Shown in pieces: positions 25,700 through 39,300 of a stretch of DNA of 64,000 nucleotides; positions within the stretch are counted from its first letter, which is position 1, and the number at the start of each line of letters is the position of its first letter. The position numbers and the translations under genes are program-made. This DNA is from Paragordius varius. Taxonomy: Eukaryota; Animalia; Nematomorpha. The stretch covers positions 14,818,001 to 14,882,000 of the forward strand of contig OZ176051.1 in the NCBI GenBank assembly GCA_964247055.1, in the 5' to 3' direction. Below the pieces are notes generated by a model. That model had not been told where the DNA came from. It saw only the letters and a program-made list of their open reading frames with translations, and searched no databases.

Positions 25700-28600
25700 G
25701 TAAATTATCATGTTGTTTAAATCACTTGCAGAGATATTTTGAAAACATCGTCCCCATACTTTAATACCATGTTCAGCTATGATTTGGAAGAAAATCACAC
25801 ATCAAAAATTACCTTTCCTAACATCGCGGCAAAGGCAATACAAATTATTTTAGGTATGTTATCAGTTTTTATAACACCCACTCATATTAAGTAAATTTAA
25901 ATAAGTTTTTTCATAGTGAAAGCTTCTAAAACCTAAAAATATTTTATGTTGAATCTTTTAAGGTATGTTTGTTAGAAAAGACTTTTAAAAAATATACTTT
26001 TGAAACTAATCAGACAAAACGTAAAAACGAAAAGACGAGATATTTGAAATATACATAATTGTAGATTTCAAGTATGAAATAATGATGTATATTAGTAATT
26101 TTATAATTTTAAATAAATATCTTAATGAGAAAATTTGGATTTAAAAATATATGGGGTTGTCTTTTAGAAATAAAATATTTGTCTTTATTTTTTTCGTTTT
26201 GTATGCCGTAAAATTTCAATTATTAATGTATTTTTCATCAAACTTACTATACATTAGGTATTTTTACTTATAAGAAATCTTTTACTTTAACTTTTCTGTT
26301 TTAAAACTTATTATTTAAAGAATAATGGTTTAAATTATAAAATTTATTGAATATGAATTTTTTAGCTTCAAAATAACTTCATATCTACTAATTATATAAT
26401 GAAGGCAATTGCGTTAATTTTCAAAAAATTTTAATAGTTTATACCAAAACTTTCTAAATTTCTTACTTCTATATTTTAGGCGATATTGAATAATGTTGAA
26501 AGCTTCGCTAAAATTTTGATAATTTTCATAAATTAAATCTAATAATTATTCTGCGTTAGAATATATAACACTTTCCAAGACAAATTTGAATATTTTTACT
26601 GTAATTTTCTTCAATTTAAAATTATTACACCCAAGATAATGTTGAAATCGCTAAAATTTGCAATCATAAAATTTTCAATATATTCCACTAATATCTTTAT
26701 AACTATTCTTCCACAGATTCCATATACACCTTTCAATCGCCTCTAAATGAAGGCGATATTGAATATTTTTACTGTAATTTTTTTAAAACCGGATTTTCAA
26801 TTGATTATTATTACAGTAAAAACTGAAATTTTACGGTCAAAACGTAAAAATATAACGACAAATATTTTTTTTTAAAAGTGAATCATACTTTTAAATCTTG
26901 ATTTATTTCAACATAACTCATTGTTTCAAACTCCAAAGTATATAGAAACTTGTTAACACGATCAATTTTGTATATTTTACCATTGTAGTTTAATGATTTT
27001 TATAGGATAAATAGTTCAAAAAAGTATGGTTGTCTTTTGAAAAAAAATTTGTCTTTTTGTATACATTTTGTCCGCATAATTTAAATTTTTACTGTATATC
27101 TCAAGCAAATATTTTGCAATATCGAATAATTATTCCTCCATAGATTACATATACATCTATTAATTAACCATAAATAGAGTCGATATTGAGCATTTTCGGT
27201 TAAAAATGGAATATATTATTGAAAAAATAGTATAATTCAGATCTATTATTTCCTAACTTTCGCTTTAATCTTGTTCGGATATTTAAAATGATTCGCACTA
27301 TAACATTTTCAATTTCTTACACTATTCTACTTTAGAACACCAGTTACCTATAAATGAAAATTCAATATTTATCTCCGTAAAATTTTGGTGAAAACCGAAT
27401 TTTCACAGAATTTCAATGCAAAACTAAAATTTCATTGACTTTTCTACCAATAGATTACATATACACCTATCAATTACCTCTAAATGAAGGCAATGTTGAG
27501 AGCGTTTTAAGCACAGCTTTCCTGTTTCAATTGTGGGATGTTCAACGAGAATGTTCGAAATATATCCAGGACCGTATTCAAGTTAATAACTGTTTGGGTA
27601 TCATGGCATTCGCTCAATTATATCACTGCGAGGATTTATACGTTGAGGCAAAGAAGTATGCGGAAACGCATTTCAAAAAGGTTTTTTTTGTCCACAATTT
27701 TATGGTTATAACGGAAAGATGAATTTTTCATTTTTTAAAAGACAACCAACTAATTTCAATATTAATTTTTGCTCTATATAAGCTAATTAATTACAACCAT
27801 CGTAAATAATAATTAAATGTTGTGTGTTTACATTTTTTTTGCATACTTTACAATTTAAACAATCAAGTTAGTTAGTTATATTTTAAAAAATCAAGCTTAA
27901 AAGAGTTCAGAGCAGTTTTGTCTTCATATTTTTACTTTTTGTTGGTATGGATTTCAATTTTTACAGTATGATGAATATGGCAAAACAGTGAAAAAATAAA
28001 TATCTATAAAATATTAAACATGTCAATTTTATAGGTTTTAATGTAAGCTACTAAAGTAATAAAAAAGAGTATAATAATATCTTATAGTGTTTTTTATCTT
28101 GTAAAATAAAATCAGTGAAAATATTGATTTACGAGTTACTTTTAATGAGATATAAATTCGTTCTGAAATTTTTAAGATATTCTTATGTAATGTGATTGAA
28201 ATAGGGTTATTAAAATTTAAAATCAAGCACCGTTCAATAAAATATATTACATTTTTATTTTATTATTAAGTTTTATGGGTAAATACGAACGCAATAAATT
28301 TAACATACGGGGGTATTTACAATTTTTAATGTTTTTTCCCAAGTACTATAATTTTACGATAAAGATCAATTTACAAAAGAAAAAAAATTATCTTTTTTAA
28401 CCTGATTTTCATAACTTTTAGTTTTAGATTCATACCAACAAAACGTAAAATTATAAAGACAAATATTTTTTTCGAAAAGACAACCAACCTTACTTATTAA
28501 ATCTTGATTTTTCCAATATAACTCGTTGTTTTAAATAGTGAATAGAAATATATATTACTAAAGCGATCAATTCTCTATTTTTTAATTGTAACTAAATAAC

Positions 28601-31600
28601 TTACATGCGAAAAATTAAGGTTTTAAATAGTATGGTTGCTTTTTAGATATAATTATTTATCTTTATATTTTTACGTTTTGTCCGTATAATATCCATTTTT
28701 ACTGTCTCATATAGATATGTTTGAAACATCAATTATTAAATTTATAATTGTAAATTAATGCTTCTTTATAAAACTTATCATGGTTGAAAAAAGTGTGAAA
28801 ATCGTTTCAACAAAAAAATTTGTCCTTATGTTTTAACATTTATCTGTATATTTATAATTTTTTTAAATATCAAAATATCTATTGAAACCTATTTTAGCCA
28901 AAATTTTTTCTTCGAAGCAGTGAAATACGCTAAAACAAATTTTTAAAAATATTTATTTCTTTTTATTAAATATATCATTACATATCAATTAAACAAACAT
29001 AATATTTTGGGTTAACATAAATTAATAATAGATTGCTTTTAAAATAATTTTATATGAATAAATTTACTGGAGACTTTACATTTATATTGTCAATATTCGC
29101 TAAGTATGTTATTCCCTTCATTTTTGTCTAGACCAGACTTGGTCAACACGCGACTCGCTAAAAATTTAGAAATTACAAATCAATTACTACGATGTCTAAT
29201 AAAATATGCTGAAAAATCTTAATAAAATTGATATTTCTCATACAAATTTATTTAACAGCTGTTTCCAATAATCAATGATATAACTAAAATTCGGTAAGAT
29301 TAATAGTTGTTATATTTTTTGCAATTAGTTTTTAGAGTATATTATGTTTGAAATCTATAAATTATTTATAAAGGCCCAAATTTGTGTTGGACAGCCCTGG
29401 TCTAGACACGTAACAATGTCGAGTTTTGATGTTTTTTGTCATGTTCAATCTCGTTTTAGGAGTGTAACGAGCCGAATATGTTTAATCCTTTTAAGTTCAT
29501 ATGATTTATCGTTGCTCTATGTGGACTAATATTTGAGTTTTCTTTCTTATAAATTTCTTTTGCATTACTTTCTAGAGTTGTGTCATTGTTGTCATAAAAA
29601 TCACCTTATTTTGTTTTCAGTGTTTATCATTTTGGCAAGGTTTGATAAGAATTGGTTTGATTCTCGCTTTGTATAACCATTTAATATTGTTGGACACGTT
29701 TTTATTTTTAAGGACCAATTATATTGAATTAACTTTTCCCCACGCTTGATGAATCGTTTCCTTTTGAATCAAGTTGTATGGTCTTTAGAAATGACATCTT
29801 TTAGATAGGCAATATGCATCTACTTTTGTCCATAGAATTCTCGTCAAAAGTCACATATGTGGGATCCTATTTAAGTGGACCAAACATTTGTTGAGTTTTC
29901 CTCCTGTTATCATGAAGCTTTCACATATTATTTAAAATTGTGTTCTAGAAGTTTTTAGGGATAATAGAAGGATCATGAGGCGGTCCCCTTTATATTTGTA
30001 TGGAAGGATTGTTATGTTTTTAGTCCCTATCTGGGAGATCCACGTTTAATATTGACTTCATACAAATTGTGAGAATTGATGTTAAGCATGGTGTTCGCTT
30101 TAAGAAGGTCAACTGCCTGTCGACTTGTTTAGTTTCATTTTTTGGATTGCTTTTGATAAACTGCATTTTATGTGATCTCGTATATAAGTCAGCGTGTGGG
30201 TGGCCAGTTTTAATAAAACTTTCATGATGTTTGTTTGGTTTTCTAAGTTGTCATTCCATATATAATCACCTTTTTTGGATTTATTATCATAATGCAGTGT
30301 TTCAATGATTTCTTTTTAATCTTTGTTTTTATATTTATAAGTTTTTTGATTTTTAATTTGCCTTCTAGAAGCTAGTTTTCTTTGTGTTGATAGCTTTTCA
30401 AATTTTTTGACTATGTTTTTCGATCAGATATGTTTGATGCTTCCCCTTCAATTTTTTCCACCACCAATTTTTTGTATGCATGACTTTATCTCCCACAATT
30501 TTCTTCTGTTTTAACTATTGTTATCAGGTAAGGAGCTTTTCGCATGTTGGAATAATATAGTTGTTAGGCTTGTTTTGTAGGTTGCTGTGTTGTTTTTTGG
30601 TTGGCTTAAGCTTAATGATTTAAAGTTTGTTTAGAGTTTTCAAGACTGCCGTGCCATATGTTTTTGCAGAACATCAAATACTGGCCTCTACAGTTTGCTA
30701 AAGGTGTTTCCTCCTAGTGGGAGGTTTCACTAGGACTTTGTTGGCTAATTAATTAACCTCAAGAATAATTTAACAGTTTGGATGTAAGTTCTGTTACACT
30801 TGAGGTTACCACTTTGCAATGTCCATAAATTGCGGTTTTTAGTATTTTAATGAAGAGTTCTGTCAATGTTACATCAGTTTCTTTCCGAATATTGTCCATT
30901 CACCTTTTCTTCTTCGGCCCACTGACCTAGGTTCAACATCAAGGATTTTTGAAAAATGGAAAGTTTGGTGCGAATGGCATACCAGGATTGATTAGGTTTA
31001 AAATTGTATTAGTTTTCTTCACACCAATAGTAAAAAAGAATTCATTATCCATTCGTCGGATTTTTATAGAGTCCATCATTCTGAAGGTCGATTCCGACTA
31101 ACTACAATATTGAAAATATAACTTCTCCGTTCTTTGCGAATACAAGATACGGTCTTTAGTTCGGATAATGTTTGGTTGGTTTCTTTGAGGATGTTATCCA
31201 TCTAACGAATTCTTCTTCTTTACGAGCACCACTCACTTTTCCCAGTTAGTTATATCTCCTAATGTGGCCAAAATAGGATAGTTTTTGGCGTATTAGGCTT
31301 CCCAGTAGTGACACTTTAAAATTTTATTTAAAATAGTGGAGTTAGGAATTTTGTCTAACAATTTTGTTTTAAGAAGTTTCCTGCAAACCCATTGTTCCAA
31401 GGATTATATAATTCGTTTGTCATATTTTTCAGTATCCAGCTTTTGCCCCCATAGAGGAATATGGGGAATAATGTTGCCTTTAATCTGTTTTTGGTTTTTA
31501 GTTTGATTCATGTAACGTTCAAATCTTGTTGTTTTTGAATGTAACTGCTAGGGTTGTGCTAAGTCATGACCCGGTCAATTGACCGGGTCATGACTTCATT

Positions 31601-34600
31601 TAATACAAAATAATCGATATTAAACATATTCTATTTTTAAAAATATATTAAAAGTTGTTAAACATGCATCCTTATAACATTATCATTAAAACATGAAATC
31701 CACCGTATGGAATTATTTTGAAAAACAAAACAATCAAGCACTGTGCAAGATATGCAATTATTCAATATATGTGAACCAAAATAGAATGAAAAAAACATCC
31801 TAAAACTATTCATGATATTAATTCATTGATGAAAAAAAGTGTAAAACAAACTAGGTAAAATTTAATTTAAAATATTCAGTATTAAAAATTATGTATTTGA
31901 AAATTCAGAAAGCGACAAACATGTAGCAAAATTTATTTATACTACTTTTGCATTCAATATTATTGAAAACAAACATTTCCACGTCCTAATTACGAACTTC
32001 CATCCAGGAGAAAAATAAATGAGTTACTTGATGAATGTTATAAAGACATTACGAAAGAAATTAGCTTAATTTGTGAAAACAACAACATTTCTTTGATTGT
32101 CGATTCGTACTCAAACATCCGTCGAGACCAAATAATTAACATTGTCGGACAGGGATACCAAAAATCTTTTTTTATAAAATCAATAGATAGCGGATTTGAA
32201 AAAACAGCAGAATATATTTTGGACCCAATTATAAATCATATATGGTCATCAAAAGTAACGGCCTTTGTATCGGATAATGCGGCGAATATGAAGGCCGCTG
32301 GAAAATTAATTTCTAAAAAATACCCTAATATAGTATGGCATGGATGTCAATGCCATATCATAAATATCTTAATAAAGGAATTCAATAAGTTAAATGATAT
32401 CCCGGAAACTTTAAATATTGTGCGAACTGTTATCGATACAATAAAATCTAATGAATCTTATATAAAATTTCAAAGCATCCAAAAAAATTCTAATGCAAAG
32501 GCACTCACACTTAATTCTTGGGTAATTACACGATATTATACCATAACTAAAACCCTGAAAAGCTTTATTGATGGAAAAATAGCCATTCAACAAATGGCAA
32601 TCGATCCTCAATGGAAAGATTTTTTGACCCCTAAAGACAAAAAATCATATATTATTCAAATACTGGATATAGATAATATTTTTTGGCCTACTGTAATGGA
32701 AACTTTAAATTTTTTTAATATATTTATTGAGGCAATAAGCAAATTAGAATCTGATGTGTCTTTCATCACCTGCGTTTATGATATTTGGTATCATTCAAAA
32801 AGTTTGTTTCTGAAACATATTAATATATTTTGCCATCAAAAGGAGGAAGCTATTGAATTGTTTGATAAACGTAAGGAGCAAGCGATCACTGATTTAGTTA
32901 TTTAGGCTCATTTACTAAATCCAGGTCGAAAAAATGATCTAACAAGCGAGTAATCGTCTCATGCAATTAATTTACTTTAAACTTTGTGCACAAATTATCA
33001 ATATTCCTTTGAAAAGATTTACCCACAATTTGTTAATTATATCACAAAAACCGGGCCTTTTATGCATATCAAATATGAAGACTTAGGCGTAACAGAATTT
33101 TGGAAATTGTCAGCACGTTTACTGACTTTAAAATTTAATCTGATCTTGTGCAAAAAATAATCTATATTCCTGATTCAAGCAGTGCGGCTGAAAGAAGTTT
33201 TTCTATGCAAAAATACATCCATAATCCTTATCGGAATCGATTGGATGAGGAAAGGATCAATAAACTCATGTCAATTAAATACAATCTCCGAAACGACATC
33301 GAATATATTAGCGAGTCTGAGGAGCATGAAAACATTATATTATAATTTTTGATATTTGTGTATATTTTTGTCAATAAATGATTAAATTTGATCGAATATA
33401 TTTGTAAATAATAATTATCAAAAAAATGTATGAATACTTCTAATTTAGAAAAACCTTTATTAGAGTGTCGTTCGAGCATTATTTAATCGCCAATATCGCA
33501 TATTTTCTTAAATAGGCTATTTATTATTATTATTACAATTTTTCATATTACCGATAATTGACAACAATTTTTTAAAAAGTGGTCATGACCATGGTCTGAC
33601 CGGGTCTGACCGGGTCTGACCGGACTTTTTTGTAAAAGCAGTCAAATGCACAACCCTAATAACTGCTTTTGCAATGACAATTCTTCGTTTTATTTTTAGA
33701 GTAGAGTTGTTCATTGTTTATAATACTGCTTAAATACGTTTAACTTTTTATAGTTTCAATCTGATTTCCGTTGAGGATTATTGAATTGGCTGTTTGAGCC
33801 GGGTTGATTTATATTATTTTGTTTTTTTAAGTAAATTTTTAATCCGTATTTATGAATTCGATTGTAATTGCAGAACTTGCGTTAATGTGTTAGAATGTCC
33901 GCAAATATAACTGTATCATCCGTGTATTGAACGGATGTAAATGGGTTTCCACCTACATTAATGTCATAAGTTTCTGGGATGTTTCTTATTATTCATTCGA
34001 GGTATGCGTTAAAAAGAATTGGGGATAAAACACATCCTTGGAGTAAACTAACTTGGACCTTACATTAATCTTATACCGTAAGGTGTAGATACTGCAGCCA
34101 GTAAATTGAGAATATGATGTTGATTAGATGGTGGATACTGCGAGTTGTTTTAGGCATGTTTGTAATGTGTGATGGATGAAATCAAATGCTTTGGAAAACG
34201 CGACAAAGCACATGTGCAGTTCTTTGTTGAATTCGATATCTCATACCTGTAAAGAAGGGTTACAATTGTTAAATAGGCAAGTAGAAAAATACAAATCCTG
34301 TCTGCATTTCCTTTAAGGGTATAGATGAACACCGGCCTGTTTAAATCAAACATTATTTAAATGATGGATTGTTTTGAAACCGTTTTGAATGTTTTAACTT
34401 ATAAAAAAATGAGATACCGGCTCATTCAAAATGACTTGATATTATCTATAGAAGGCAAAATTTTCAATAAAACGACATGAGTGCAATTCAAAAATAATGA
34501 GAATTAACCATTTTTTCTGGCGATATTTATGTCAAATGTGAATTAAAAAAAGTATTAATTTCAAATTTACTGTTACATTTTTTAAAACACGATAATAAAA

Positions 34601-36295
34601 AGGTTTAAAATGAAATTGGTATTTAAGTAGTTTGATATGGAACTGTTTCTTTCACACTCTGCTTATTTGGGCCTATTTTTATCAATTTTATTAAAATACA
34701 ATAGAATCATAAATTTACATTGGGGCCTTTTTTAGTAGTATTAAATAACAAGTTAATTTTTTAAAAATTTATGTTTGTATAATGATATAAAACCTTATAC
34801 CATTAAAAAATTATATTCAATGAAAAATATTAGATTTACTTTTATCAAAAAAGTTATTAGCTATTTCCCAACAATTTGTGTTATGAAGGGCGGGGGTTTA
34901 GGGTTCTACTACATACACGTATCAAAATATTAGAAAACTTAAAAACAAAAAGACAAATGTTTATTTGTAAGGACTGTTAAAAATGTTAAACATTGATTTT
35001 ATCAAATAAAACTCATCGTTGTAGGCTGCAAAATAAGAATTAGAGATATAAATTGGTAACACACCATTATTCTTTTCAAACTAAATATATATACTTTATG
35101 TAGTATAGAAAAATAAAATTTAAAAAGTATGTTTTTTTTAAAATAAATTTTTCATTTAAAATTGCTTGTTATTTTTACTGTAAACTTGCACTTTAGGTTA
35201 TTTTTGAAGAGGAATATCTTTTGGTCCCCTTAAAACAGTTGACGGACCTTTTATCCAGCGATAACATTTTCGTAAATCTAGAAGCGATAGTATTTCAGGC
35301 TGCTATGAAATGGATTCGACACGATTTACCCAAACGCCACAAACATTTGTTTGATGTAATATTTTAATTTTTTACACATGTATATAGGCTAAAATTTTAT
35401 TTTTTTATTGTATACTTTAATAATTTAAAAAGTTAATATAAGAGAAAACGCCATCTTTATATTAAAATAAATCTTTATTACTATTAATTTACTGGTAAAT
35501 GACGGATTGGTTATGTTTTGTAATAACAGTTGTTAAAATCCGTAATATAACGATAAAGGATAATTAATTAGAACTAAATAAAAGTATAAATAGAAATTAT
35601 AAACGATATGTGAAACCTCTATTTATACTTTCATTTAGTTCTATTTAATTATCCTTTATCGTTATATTACGGATCAACTGTTACAATTAATTTACCATCG
35701 CAATAAGTTGTCAGTACTTCCTATCAATCAATAGCTGGACAGTGTTTACCACGCGTGCCATAGTGTGAAACGCGTTTCGCCCTTGTGGACTCAGTCAATG
35801 AACTCGGTTAAACACTGTCAGTTAGATATATACGTGTCCCAAAAATGGCTTCGTGGGCCGCATTTTTAGCCCTGAAAGCACGGCGGACAAAAATGTATAT
35901 GGGCATACATACATAAAATATTTATTAACATAGCATTTTTTTTATATCGTTGCTACACTTATTTAGTTGTTGAAATATCAGTTTAACTAAATTTTTTAAG
36001 CATATTTTTGTAAATTATGTATTTCATATTTTTTGCGGGCCTCACACAGAATTTTATAGGACCACATGTTGGACACCCCTGTGCTTGTGTGTTATAAGTT
36101 TTATAGCCGATTGTTGTTGGTGAAAGAGTAAACAGGGAACTTAAAGCCTAGAGAAGGCATTCTATTGTACTAAAGGAAACTCAATTATCCTATTTTATTC
36201 CATTAGTATAATTATAATTCACCAATTTTTTGGCAGAAAACGCTTATTAATTAACAACATTTTATGCAGATTATTCTAAGCATACCATCGCATTG

Positions 36296-36342
<47 letters not shown>

Positions 36343-39300
36343 GTGTATGTGTGTGTGCGTTACAGATATGTAGAACATGGACGAAACGCGCCTTACACTA
36401 TCATACGTGGTAAAAACAATGTTCTTTAAAATTTTTAACCGATAGAACCACCTTTTGCTTGATAGGAAGTACCAAGAATAAGAAATTTTATAATATGTGT
36501 TTGTCATGCATGAGATATTCGAAACTTATTACATTTTAGTATTTTTTTTTAAAAATATACGCGTAATGCCATACAATGACATTTTTTAGTTATAACATTG
36601 CTATTTTGGATATCGCTCCAGGCTAGTCATATTCTAAAAAGTAATGTGAAAACTTTTACTAATTAACCAGCTTATAAAAATAATTTTAGTAAAGAGTTGA
36701 CCGCATTTTTCTCCATAAAAGGAGTTTAAGTATGTATGTAAATTGTAAATTTTCTATTTTTTATAATCTTTTATGTGAAATTAGTGTATGACCTTAGCAA
36801 ATTATTTTCATAATGAGAAGATAAGTTAACTCTCATAAATTAGTTAAACCAAAATATACTATTTTTTATTATATCCCAACTTTGATTGAATAAAGGTTTT
36901 ACAGCATATCCGATTTCCCTTAGTGCCAGCAAGCTATGTAGTGAAAATTTTTCGAACGGAAAATATGATTAAAGATTCACTTGAATGTCGCGATTTGCTT
37001 GATGAGGCTAAAGATTATTATATTTTAAAAGAGTTTAACAAAAAAGATTGGGCACCAGAGATACCTAATCTAAAATTACAGAAACGGGCTGAAGAAAAAA
37101 CAGCAAAGGAGATTATATATGTCGGTACGTTTTGCGTATTACACGGATATATATATCATTGATAAAGATGACCTTATTACCATAAAATTTAAATTAGGAG
37201 GGCAAAAGGTAAACACTAAAAGTCAACTATATACTTTAATTAGGCAGCTCTTCTTTTATAAACCTTAATTTTGATTTGGTTGAAATGAAATATATTATTC
37301 AAATTATTAAAGTGTAGATTTATCAGGGCTAACAAAGTATATTTGTCTTTAATTTTTACCTTATTACTTAATAAATGTAATTTTCTCTAAGACACTTTTG
37401 ATTTTCTAAGACTTAGCACTGAATTCTTTGATGCAGAAGACATTGACAACACAAGATGTGATCATTTAAATTTTAAATATTTTTCTTTGCTGATGCATCA
37501 ACACTTGATCGATTATAAGGTAATGAAAAGGCCTAGTAGGTCAAATAAGACTCGTTTAAACCTCCAATAAAAATGGAATTTTACGGACAAAACGTAAAAA
37601 TATAAAGACAATTTTTTTCTAAACTTTATAAATGTTAATTTTTTAAATTTAATCAATTTTTAAGATTTCTAGTATGAAGCAGAGATGCGGTAACTCAATC
37701 AATCACATATTTTACAATTGTAATTAAAATATTTATATTGAAAATTAAGTTTTCAAAATTTGGTTGTATTTTAAAAAAAACTTTGTATTCATACGTTTTG
37801 TCGGTAAAAATCTAATTTTTATTTTAAGAAAATTCGCCTGGCCATGGTTGACAGTGATAATGGAAAAATTGTGTGCAGTTTCCGGGTTTGAATTCCGCAC
37901 AATACACACTCACAGTCTAAAAGTTATTCGGCGCTTTACTACATCATCACACCTTCGCTAATTTTTAATGTGATTGTGCATAATTTTAATGTTAAGTGTT
38001 ATTTTAAATAATGAATTGGGTGTTGTTCCTTATTCATTAAACTTAAATTACCATGAATGACCGCATCGATAAGGGCTAAACCATAATTTAATCTATTTTT
38101 ATTATACAGTAAAAATTGGAATTATACAGACAAAAGGTACCAATATAAAGACAAATATTTTTATCTAAAATTCAACCATACTTTCTAAATCGTGTTTTTT
38201 TTGATAACTGATTGCTTTAAACTGCAAATTATAATGTAATATCTATATTGGTAACACTATTAATTATATATTCGATTGTTATTTAATACTTTATATTAAA
38301 AAAAATTCAAGTTTTAAAAAGTATGGTTGTCTTTTTAAAAAAATATTTGCCTTTATATTGTTACGTGTTATCCGTATAATTTCAATTTTTACTGTATTTA
38401 CTTAAAGCCGGCGGCTCTATGAAAAACGAAATCCTTTCTAGTGTAGAAAAATTCGATGGTTTTTCTTGGTCACTTTGCTCTTCAATGAATACTCCCCGTG
38501 CGTGCTTGGGGACTCAAATTTTAAATGGTAATTTATACGCCATGGGTGGATATAACAATGGATATCTTTCCAGTGTGGAAAGGTTTATATTTTCTTCCTT
38601 AAATATACTTAAATATATGTTTATATACGCCATCTATTAAATATATATGTAATAACGTATGAATAACGTACTTAGTTTTAACATAAAATACTTAAACCAA
38701 ACAAAAATTACACAAATCAGTAAAAGTTAAGAAAATCTAGTGATTTGAAATATCTTCATGAGACGTATTTTCTATAATTAACAGAACGTAGGCGATGACC
38801 TAATAGCATAAATTTTTTATCTATTGTTGATCTTTAAGAAAGTATGATATAATATAATTTTCAAAAAAAGCGGATAACTAAAATTGGAATATGATAATAT
38901 AATTTATAAAAGATAGTAATTTATAAAAATGCGTTCATTAAAATCATTTATTTAATCATTTTGTTATAGTGTTACACAAAGATTTTTCTGAATCAAGTAT
39001 GGAATCACTAAATTTTAACATAATGTTATTACCATTCCAGATTTATTAATATAAATTTTAAATGACATTACAATTTTATTTGCAAACCTTATAATATTCC
39101 AATTATTCAAACCACAGATCCAGTGTTCCTCTTACTCATAGCTACTCTTAGCCCTTAATGATTGCGTTATCCCTTCTATTTTCGATTTTAAGTCTTTTTT
39201 ATTCTTACTTTTTTCTATTTCTGTGCTTTACCCATCCAGATTATCCTGATATAGCATGCCCTCTGTTACGTTTTTATTGATACTAATTGGATTAATTGAA

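Larger units (their letters stand above)
31150..34330 (-). mobile_element. RTE (BovB-like) LINE RT remnant interrupted by the 2.1-kb hAT element
   Basis: Right part: FSKAFD, QGCVLSPILFNAY, YTDD, NGNQIETI..YLSSII. Left part: LFPIFLYGGKSW..KLSYFGHIRR. The two parts are colinear across the hAT TSD. Confidence 0.85.

Noticed and set aside
37411-37520. Open AG..GT block in Kelch intron 5 (LSTEFFDAEDID..LIDYK)
   Set aside because: Phase 2 in and phase 0 out is incompatible with the phase-1 intron, and exons 5 and 6 already join into a correct Kelch motif.
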